Below are positions 56,754 to 64,000 of a stretch of 64,000 nt of DNA, piece by piece. Where the stretch lies: the NCBI GenBank assembly GCA_964406735.1, contig CAYOSU010000001.1, forward strand, positions 109,924-173,923. The letters are read 5' to 3'. The notes under the pieces are model-generated. The model saw only the letters and a program-made list of their open reading frames with translations, made no database searches and was not told where the DNA came from. Both the position numbers and the translations under genes were made by a program. The stretch is from an uncultured Clostridia bacterium (GTDB taxonomy: Bacteria; Bacillota; Clostridia; Christensenellales; CAMQZB01). How positions within the stretch are numbered: the stretch's first letter is position 1; every line of letters starts with the position of its first letter.

Positions 56754-58445
56754 ATGGAAAACGTAATGAAAGTAAAGGATTTCCCTTATGAAAGAGCTGA
56801 TGCCGAGGTCGTAAAGAAAGCGGCGGCGGATTTTCAGGGGACGGCAAAAACGGCAACCAACGCAAAGGCTATTGCGGACGCATATAGAAAGCTGATAGAT
56901 GAGACGGAGAAGTATTTCACTATGAGCTCGCTTGCTTATACGAGATATACTCTCAATACGCACGACGAGTTTTATTTGGCAGAGCAAGAGTATTACGACG
57001 AAGTAAACCCCGTTTTGAGCGTTCTTTTGACGGAAGCTGGCAATACGCTTTTGGATAGCCCGTTCAGAGAGGAGCTTAAGGGAATGTTTCCCGAGACGCT
57101 CTTTATGAACCTCGAATGCTCGAGAAAGGCTACGAGCGAAAAGACTATTGCCGAGGAACAGGAAGAAAACACTATCATAACGGAGTACTCACAGCTCATG
57201 TCGCAGATAGCGGTAGACTGGAACGGCGAGAAGAAGACGATAAGCTACGTCCGTGGATTTATGGAGGACGGCGACAGAGAGGTAAGAAGAAAAGCCGCAG
57301 AGGCTATCGGTCTTGCCCTTCAGGGTGAAAAAGAGAAGCTCGACGACATCTACGACCGTTTGGTCAAGGTTCGTACAAAAATGGCGCAGAAGATGGGATA
57401 CAAGAACTTTGTCGAGCTCGGATATTATCGCATGGGCAGAATAGACTACGACGAAGCTATGGTAAAGACGTTCAGAAACAACGTTCTTTCCGACATCGTT
57501 CCCGTCGTATGCAAGCTAAAAGAGCAGATAAAGGAAAATCTCGGCATCGACAAGTTCATGTTCTACGATAACGACGTCATCGACGGCGGAGATCCTCGTC
57601 CTTATCCCGACGCGGAGGGCATACTCAAGGCGGCTCAGAAGATGTACCACGAAATGGAGCCGTCGATCGGCGAGTTCATGGACAGAATGCTTGCCGCAGA
57701 GGCGTTCGATACGCTTGCTCGTGACGGAAAGTGGGGCGGCGGTTATGCTACTACCTTCGAGAGCTTCAAACAGCCCTTTATCTTGGCAAACTTCAACGGT
57801 TCGTCGGGTGATATAGACGTCGTAACGCACGAGTTCGGACATACGATAGCTATGGACTACGCATTGAAGAGCGACGATAAAACGGTCGGTATCGGTTCGT
57901 CGGAGACTGCGGAAACGCACAGCATGAGCATGGAGTTTTTGAGCTGGCCTTATATGGACAAGTTTTTCAAAGACCCTGCATTATATGAATACAAGCACTT
58001 AGCGTCCTCGCTCTCGTTCATACCTTACGGCGTTATCGTCGACGAGTTCCAGCATATCGTATACGAAAACCCCGATATGACTCCTGCAGAGAGAGACGAA
58101 GCCTACTTGGCGCTCGAGAAAAAGTACCGCCCGTACCTCTCGTTCGAGGGAATACCTTACTTGGAGCTTGGTACGAGATGGCAGTACCAGATGCACATTT
58201 ATGAGTCTCCTTTCTACTATATAGACTACTGCCTTGCGCAGGTAGTTGCGCTCGAATTCCTCGTTCTCTCGAGAAAGGACTACAAGAAAGCGCTCGAAAC
58301 GTATATTGCGCACGCAAAACGCGGCGGCAAGTTCGCATTCAGAAAGCTCGTAGAGATGACGGGACTCAAGTCTCCGTTTGAAGAGGGCTCGCTCAAAGAG
58401 ATAGCCGACGAGTGCATCAACATCTTGGCAGAGCTCAAAAAATAA
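56754..58445 (+). CDS. pepF: M3B-family oligoendopeptidase (PepF-like)
   Basis: The start MENVMKVKDF follows AGGAGG. The zinc motif HEFGH is present. Confidence 0.8.
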   Translation: MENVMKVKDFPYERADAEVVKKAAADFQGTAKTATNAKAIADAYRKLIDETEKYFTMSSLAYTRYTLNTHDEFYLAEQEYYDEVNPVLSVLLTEAGNTLLDSPFREELKGMFPETLFMNLECSRKATSEKTIAEEQEENTIITEYSQLMSQIAVDWNGEKKTISYVRGFMEDGDREVRRKAAEAIGLALQGEKEKLDDIYDRLVKVRTKMAQKMGYKNFVELGYYRMGRIDYDEAMVKTFRNNVLSDIVPVVCKLKEQIKENLGIDKFMFYDNDVIDGGDPRPYPDAEGILKAAQKMYHEMEPSIGEFMDRMLAAEAFDTLARDGKWGGGYATTFESFKQPFILANFNGSSGDIDVVTHEFGHTIAMDYALKSDDKTVGIGSSETAETHSMSMEFLSWPYMDKFFKDPALYEYKHLASSLSFIPYGVIVDEFQHIVYENPDMTPAERDEAYLALEKKYRPYLSFEGIPYLELGTRWQYQMHIYESPFYYIDYCLAQVVALEFLVLSRKDYKKALETYIAHAKRGGKFAFRKLVEMTGLKSPFEEGSLKEIADECINILAELKK

Positions 58446-58572
58446 TGCAAAACACCCGATCTGCAACCGATAGTTGTCAAACTTCCACCCAAAATAGGTG
58501 GACTGGAAGATTTTGCAACGCTAAAATAAAAGCGTTGATAAGGTTCAAATACGCCTTAAAAGGAGAAATAAA

Positions 58573-59910
58573 ATGATAAAATTCAAAGAGGGCTTTTACG
58601 CCGACGTTCGCACGGAGGACAGAAGCCGTACGATCATTCAATACGTTGACGGCGTATTGAGAGAAATAAAGACTCGAAACGAGGTCAGAGCGTTTTTGAG
58701 AGTATACGACGGCAAGCTGTGGTATTACGCCGCAGTTACCGACGTTGCGCATATTCAGAATACGCTTGACGAACTTTATGAGGCGGCAACATTCAATCCC
58801 GAAATACTTGGCGACCCCATAGTACGCCGTTTTGAGCGCAATAAAGCGTGTGAATTCTGCTTTAAGGACAAGTCGGTAAGGAATATTCCGCTCGAGCAAA
58901 AGAACGCTCAGCTTCTCAAATATCTTCCCATTTTGTCTGAGGATAAGTGTATGACAGTCCCAACGGCTTCGTACGTGGACAGAAACAGCGTATTCACCTT
59001 CAAGTCCTCGCTCGGCGCAGACGTCGAGTATGATTACCAGACTTGCGGTATCATGCTCTCCTGTAACATGGTCGAGGGTGATAAGAAGTTTACGGGAAGC
59101 TGGCAGAACGGCGAAACGGAGTTTGAAAAGCTCGTCGGATTAGAGGATAAGATCCGCGCGGCGATGCAGGAATCGGCAACGTTTATGAGAACCTCAGTCC
59201 CCGTAACGGCAGGCGACTATCCCGTAGTGCTTTCGCCGCAAGCGGCAGGTGTATTTGCGCACGAGTCGTTTGGGCATAAGTCTGAGTCCGACTTCATGCT
59301 TTCCGACGAGAGTATGAAAGACGAGTGGCAACTCGGCAAGACGGTAGGATCTCCCATACTTTCGATCGCTGAATGCGGCGAGTATATCGGAAGTGGCTAC
59401 GTTCCTTACGACGACGAGGGGACGAAGGCTCGCAAGAACTACCTTATCAAGAACGGCGTTTTGGCGGGCAGACTTCACAACGCAATGACGGCGGCGGCAC
59501 TTGATGAAGGATTGACGGGCAATGCAAGAGCTATAGACTGCACGTTCGAGCCTATCGTCCGTATGACTAACACCTATATCGAGGGCGGCGACCTTACGTT
59601 CGACGAACTCATCGCACCCATCAAGAAGGGCTATTTCATAAAGGCAATAAGCCACGGTAGCGGCATGAGCACTTTCACGATCGCTCCAACCCTTGCATAT
59701 GAGATAGTGGACGGCAAGCTCGGTGCTCCCACGCAGATAAGCGTCATAACGGGCAACGTTTTCGAGACGTTAGGACTCGTTGACGGACTTACCAAGGATG
59801 TAGAGATGCTTTCGTTCGTAGGCGGCGGCTGTGGCAAGATGGAACAATCCGGTCTTCCCGTAGGCTTCGGCGGCCCGTACGTTCGCGTTTCCAAAATGAG
59901 AGTTCAGTGA
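58573..59910 (+). CDS. tldD: TldD-type metalloprotease subunit
   Basis: 445 aa, TldD/PmbA fold, with the HExxxH motif (FAHESFGHKSE). Confidence 0.8.
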   Translation: MIKFKEGFYADVRTEDRSRTIIQYVDGVLREIKTRNEVRAFLRVYDGKLWYYAAVTDVAHIQNTLDELYEAATFNPEILGDPIVRRFERNKACEFCFKDKSVRNIPLEQKNAQLLKYLPILSEDKCMTVPTASYVDRNSVFTFKSSLGADVEYDYQTCGIMLSCNMVEGDKKFTGSWQNGETEFEKLVGLEDKIRAAMQESATFMRTSVPVTAGDYPVVLSPQAAGVFAHESFGHKSESDFMLSDESMKDEWQLGKTVGSPILSIAECGEYIGSGYVPYDDEGTKARKNYLIKNGVLAGRLHNAMTAAALDEGLTGNARAIDCTFEPIVRMTNTYIEGGDLTFDELIAPIKKGYFIKAISHGSGMSTFTIAPTLAYEIVDGKLGAPTQISVITGNVFETLGLVDGLTKDVEMLSFVGGGCGKMEQSGLPVGFGGPYVRVSKMRVQ

Positions 59911-59919
59911 GGTGGGAAT

Positions 59920-61140
59920 ATGGATAAAGAGTATTTAATAAGCAAAGAGAGCTCTGTAACGCTCAATATAACGGCAGGCAAGATAGACAGCTACCGCAAA
60001 AAAGAGGAAACGACGAGCACTGTAAGAGTGTATAAAGACGGCAAGATAGGCATTGCCGGCGCATTAGGCTTGGTCGACGAAAAGACGCTCACTGCGCAGG
60101 CGGAGAAAGCTCTTGCAAACGGAATTCCGTACGTATCGGCACTCGACGGCGAGTTGAATATCGAGGTGCACAACGAGAAAGATATAATCTCTACAAAAGA
60201 CTTCGTTCCCGAAATGCAGAACTTCCTTGATAGAGTGGGCGAGGCTTGCCCTCGCTTTGCGATAAGCAACAAGATATACTTAAACGAGAGTTGCTATGAG
60301 TATAATAACTCCAACGGTAGGCGTTTGGCGTGCTCCGACAATAAGCTCGGGGTCGAGCTTTTGTTTCAGGCGAGAGGCTCGGGCAACCTGATGGACTGCT
60401 TCTACGGCTGGGAGGGTAAAAAATTCGATCCCGACAAATCTGTCGAGGATTGCAAAGCCTTCCACGATGCATATTTCAACGAGGTTGATATCGAGCCCGG
60501 TGAGTGGACGATAGTTAGCTCCCCGTTCGATGTATTCGGAACGTTTTTGAGGAACTTTATCGGCGAGATGTATGTGTCGGGCTCTTCACTCGTAAGCGGC
60601 AAGCTCGGCGAAAAGGTGTTCGCAGATAACCTCACGATCTCATGCGATATGAATCCCGCGACCCACTTGTGCACACAGTTCTTTGACGACGAGGGACAGG
60701 TCGCCGACGATTTCAGACCTACTATAATAGAAAACGGCGTTTTGAAGGGCGTTTTAACGACCAAAAACACCGCAAAACTCTTCGGTCTGCCCGTTTCTAA
60801 GACGTCTGCAGCGGCGTACGACGGAGTACCGCAAAACGGCTTCAGAGGGCTTTACGTAAGACCTACGCATGACACGCTTGCGGAGTTGGCGAAAGGCAAA
60901 GCAATTTACTTGTGCTTTGCGAGCGGTGGCGATACGACTCCCGACGGACACTTCGCAACCCCCGTTCAGACGGCGTTCCTCATCGAGGACGGCAAGCTGG
61001 TCGGTAGGATCCCAGAAGTCAATATAAGCGGCGACTTCTTTGATATGCTCGGGAAAAATTATATCGGCACAGTTCAGGGTAACCCGTATCAGTCCGAAAC
61101 AGACCAACTTATGGCGGTCAGAATGACCTTGACTAAATAA
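59920..61140 (+). CDS. pmbA: TldE/PmbA-type partner subunit (no HExxxH)
   Basis: 406 aa, a paralogue of the upstream gene that lacks the metal motif. It starts 9 nt downstream of tldD. Confidence 0.7.
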   Translation: MDKEYLISKESSVTLNITAGKIDSYRKKEETTSTVRVYKDGKIGIAGALGLVDEKTLTAQAEKALANGIPYVSALDGELNIEVHNEKDIISTKDFVPEMQNFLDRVGEACPRFAISNKIYLNESCYEYNNSNGRRLACSDNKLGVELLFQARGSGNLMDCFYGWEGKKFDPDKSVEDCKAFHDAYFNEVDIEPGEWTIVSSPFDVFGTFLRNFIGEMYVSGSSLVSGKLGEKVFADNLTISCDMNPATHLCTQFFDDEGQVADDFRPTIIENGVLKGVLTTKNTAKLFGLPVSKTSAAAYDGVPQNGFRGLYVRPTHDTLAELAKGKAIYLCFASGGDTTPDGHFATPVQTAFLIEDGKLVGRIPEVNISGDFFDMLGKNYIGTVQGNPYQSETDQLMAVRMTLTK

Positions 61141-61155
61141 AAACCTAAAACGTTA

Positions 61156-61181
61156 AAGAGCGAGATTCCCTCGCTCTTTTT
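61156..61181 (+). terminator. Intrinsic terminator
   Basis: AGAGCGA-loop-TCGCTCT followed by a T-run. Confidence 0.75.
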
Positions 61182-61714
61182 ATTATAAAATGTCAGCCAA
61201 ACCCGTAGGTGGTGGTTTACTGCTGCTGAAAACCTAACTATTCTTGATAATTCTGCTTTACTAACTGCTCCACTCGCTGCTCGCCGAATCTAAAGCTCGA
61301 CTGATACTATTTTAAAATCCCGTACAGCATTACACGCCACTCGCCCAACATATTGTGCTTGAGTACGGCTTTCCGTTGCTTATTTTGTTACATCGACGTG
61401 TTTTATGTATAAACTGTGCATAAATACACATTTTTATGCATAAAAAATACGTCGCATTTTTCGTATTCTTCACCTAAAAATTCCGACTTTTTCCCAAAAC
61501 TCCACGTTTTTGCAGGAGAAATAGTCGTTTTCTTGAATAATTCCGTCCAAAAAATCACACAATTCTTTATCGAGCAAAAGTGAAAACTTCCGCTTAAACA
61601 CTTGTAAAACCCCATTTTCGTTAACATTTGCAAACTATTTTTGTCAATTGTGGGATTTTTGCGTGAGAAAATCAAAAAAAAGCAAAATTTTTCCGTAAAA
61701 CTGCGAGAAATCAC

Positions 61715-61743
61715 TTTACACAATTAAATCGATGATGTATAAT
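61715..61743 (+). promoter_or_regulatory. Putative sigma-A promoter of the solute-binding protein gene
   Basis: TTTACA, a 17-nt spacer, then TATAAT. Confidence 0.55.
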
Positions 61744-61823
61744 ATTTGCATTATCAATAAGTGGTTTTTGCGGAAAGGCGATTGGCTTTTCGACGGAAAC
61801 TGCAAAATGGAGGAAAAGAAAAA

Positions 61824-64000
61824 ATGAAAAAAGCAAAGATCATAGTTGCTTTGGTTTTGTGCTTAGTTATGGCGCTTGGTTCATTTGCTGCTTGTCAGAA
61901 AGAAGACAGTAAAGAGCAGGTAACATATAACACCACAACTTCGGTAATGCCGAGCAACTGGAACGAGTTCACTTATGCGGACAACAACGATACGCAGATC
62001 ATGAGCTACATTGCTTCTTCTTTCTTCGAGTATGACTACAAATTCGAAGACGGCAAGAAATACAATGCTGACGGAACTGTAAATGCAGACGCGATTATCG
62101 ACGGCGCATTCTCCGTAAACTACTCTGCAGCTACGAAGCTTGAAGACGTAACCTCTTCCGTTGACGCAAAGTGGGGCTATACCGATGCTCAGAAGGCAGA
62201 GGGCGGCTATGCTTGGAAGATCACTCTCCGTGATGACCTCAAGTGGGATGACGGAACGAAGATCAAAGCTGAAGACTTCGAGTATTCTATGAAGCAGTTG
62301 CTCGATCCTGAATTCTTGAACTTCAGAGCAAATACTTATTATGACACTCTCAAGATCAAGAACTCCAGAGGCTACTACTTCCAGAATCAGGAAAGAACTT
62401 ATGAGACCGTAGGAAGCCTTAAATATAAGACGAATGCTGCTGCTCTTGCTGCCGGCGAAACGCTTTATATCGATGTGTATGAATTCTATGGCGCAAAAGG
62501 CTATGTTGACGCTGAAGGCAACTCTTGCCCTCAGTGGGTAGCTTACAACGATGAGACCGTTTACGATACTGCAGAAGCTTGGGCTGCAGGCGAAGCAGAA
62601 GATGCTTTCTCCGGAAAAGATCTTTGGGATTATTATTTTGCTCCTGATGCACCTGCAGGATATGGTGCTTATGTAGAAGTTGACGCGCAGTATGAAGGTT
62701 GGCTCTCTATCGGCGTTGAAAATACCGTTCGTGACGTAGATTGGGAGAACGTTGGTATCTACGCTATTCCTAAGGAAAACGCTATCGTTCTTTGCTTGGA
62801 TAAAGCTTTCGCATTGCTTACGGAAGACGGTGATCTTTCCGTTTGGGCTGGTTATTATTTGAGTAGTCTTCCCCTCGTTAACGAGAAAAAATACGAAGCT
62901 TCGAAGACGGCTCCTGCAGCAGGCGCAACGCTTTGGACTTCTAATTACAACTCCTCTCTCGACACGACCTCTTCTTGGGGCCCCTACAAGCTCACCGAGT
63001 TCGAGGCAGGTTCTCACTACGTACTTGAAAAGAACGAGAACTGGTACGGCTGGGATATGGAAGAGTATAAAGATCAGTACAACGTAGAAACGGTTTATTG
63101 CCGTAAGGTAGAAGAGTTTGCTACCAAGTGGATGGGCTTCTTGAACGGAACCTATGACGACGCTTCCTTGCAGACTGAAAACATCGCTGATTATGCAAAC
63201 TCCAAGTACGTTTATTATAGCTCTACCGGTACAGGAACTTATGCTATGCATCTTTACAGCAATCTTCCTGTTTTGAAGAGTAGCGGCAATAATAACGGAA
63301 TTCTTTCCATTCTGGAATTCAGACAGGCATTGAATCTTGGACTTAACAGAACTGATATAGTTGACAAAATTTGGCCCGGCACCTCTATTCCTTGCTTCGG
63401 TCTTGTTAACTCTGCTTACTACTATGATATCGAGAATTCTACGACTCTTGAAGACGGTGGTAGATATCGTAATACTACTATTGCAAAAGAAGGTATCCTT
63501 CGTGCTTACGGATATACTCAGGGTGCAGACGGAAAGTGGTCTTCCGGCGATTTGACCGGTCTTTCTTTGGAAGAGGCTTATGATTCTCTTACCGGTTACA
63601 ATCCTACTCTTGCAAAACAAAGGATGCAAGAAGCTGTAGATATCCTTTTGGCAGATCCTGAGTATTACGGATATGATGCAAGCAAGAATATCACAATAAT
63701 CTACGGTTCTTCTTCTGATACCGACAAGCAGAGATTCCGTTGTGATTACCTTCAGGGAATTATAGACGATCTTACAAAGGGTACTGCTCTTGAAGATAAG
63801 ATAGATCTCGTATTCGACGCATCTGCTGGTGCTCAGTGGGCAGAAGCGTTCCGCGCAGGCGATACGCAAATAGGTCTTGGCTACGGAATGTCCGGCGCTG
63901 CTTTCGACCCGTTCGATTTAGTTGGCGCATTCGTTGATCCTGATGAAGATCTCAACTACCATCAGTATTGGAACACGCCTGCTATCGATCTTACTATCAC
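61824..64000 (+). CDS. ABC transporter substrate-binding lipoprotein, family 5 (oligopeptide/nickel type), 3' end outside the window
   Basis: This gene is absent from the ORF track because it has no stop in the window. The ATG follows GGAGGAAAAGAAAAA. The signal peptide and lipobox read MKKAKIIVALVLCLVMALGSFAAC. The frame gave sensible protein at five points checked by hand (61824, 62340, 62751, 63000, 63840). Family-5 style blocks include KWDDGTKIKAEDFEYSMKQLLDP and YVLEKNENWYGW. Confidence 0.85.
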   Translation, partial: MKKAKIIVALVLCLVMALGSFAACQKEDSKEQVTYNTTTSVMPSNWNEFTYADNNDTQIMSYIASSFFEYDYKFEDGKKYNADGTVNADAIIDGAFSVNYSAATKLEDVTSSVDAKWGYTDAQKAEGGYAWKITLRDDLKWDDGTKIKAEDFEYSMKQLLDPEFLNFRANTYYDTLKIKNSRGYYFQNQERTYETVGSLKYKTNAAALAAGETLYIDVYEFYGAKGYVDAEGNSCPQWVAYNDETVYDTAEAWAAGEAEDAFSGKDLWDYYFAPDAPAGYGAYVEVDAQYEGWLSIGVENTVRDVDWENVGIYAIPKENAIVLCLDKAFALLTEDGDLSVWAGYYLSSLPLVNEKKYEASKTAPAAGATLWTSNYNSSLDTTSSWGPYKLTEFEAGSHYVLEKNENWYGWDMEEYKDQYNVETVYCRKVEEFATKWMGFLNGTYDDASLQTENIADYANSKYVYYSSTGTGTYAMHLYSNLPVLKSSGNNNGILSILEFRQALNLGLNRTDIVDKIWPGTSIPCFGLVNSAYYYDIENSTTLEDGGRYRNTTIAKEGILRAYGYTQGADGKWSSGDLTGLSLEEAYDSLTGYNPTLAKQRMQEAVDILLADPEYYGYDASKNITIIYGSSSDTDKQRFRCDYLQGIIDDLTKGTALEDKIDLVFDASAGAQWAEAFRAGDTQIGLGYGMSGAAFDPFDLVGAFVDPDEDLNYHQYWNTPAIDLTI

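Noticed and set aside
61403-61723. 106-aa minus-strand ORF in the long intergenic region
   Set aside because: It has a TTG start, no SD, a Phe/Lys/Cys-rich composition typical of translated AT-rich DNA, and it overlaps the predicted SBP promoter.
61881-63869. 662-aa minus-strand ORF, the longest in this part of the track
   Set aside because: It has no SD and an implausible Cys/Arg/Ile-rich composition. It lies exactly antisense to a plus-strand frame that has an SD, a lipoprotein signal and family-5 SBP motifs. It is a shadow ORF.

Overview
This is a 64-kb chromosomal window from a moderate-GC Firmicute of the endospore-forming, Clostridia-like type. That placement rests on sigH, a Spo0A-type regulator, yunB, spoVG, an RnfCDGEAB cluster and a T-box in front of pheST. 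About 60 protein genes are present and most are housekeeping. They include thyX', rlmB, sigH, dnaX-ybaB-recR, glgB, degV, mnmG-mnmE, pheST, mutS2, a cysteine desulfurase with thiI, a GT2 gene with glf, an ABC-F ATPase, glcK, a MATE pump, rnfCDGEAB, mscS, spoVG, murC, psuK-psuG, a ZIP transporter, rpmG-secE-nusG-rplKAJL, a TetR pair, pepF-tldD-tldE, and a family-5 solute-binding lipoprotein that runs off the right edge. There is one tRNA, Gly(CCC). I saw no rRNA, CRISPR array, transposase or integrase. Five things stand out. (1) An AT-rich islet sits downstream of mnmE. It carries a RecB/Cas4-like PD-(D/E)xK nuclease gene split by a G7 homopolymer. (2) Immediately after that gene lies a promoter-to-terminator unit for an unrecognised structured RNA of about 230 nt, with a duplicated SD-AUG module. 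(3) A 122/123-nt tandem repeat (2.8 copies) abuts the 3' end of tRNA-Gly, and each copy carries a decayed copy of the tRNA T-arm. (4) A Spo0A homologue has lost the acidic pocket and the conserved lysine of its receiver domain. (5) A U32 peptidase gene has a conserved N-terminus that can only be translated from an AUA codon preceded by a perfect GGAGG. The largest ORF in the supplied track (662 aa, minus strand, 61881-63869) is a shadow of the real plus-strand gene, which the track omits because it has no stop inside the window. All family assignments come from motif recognition by eye; no database search was possible.
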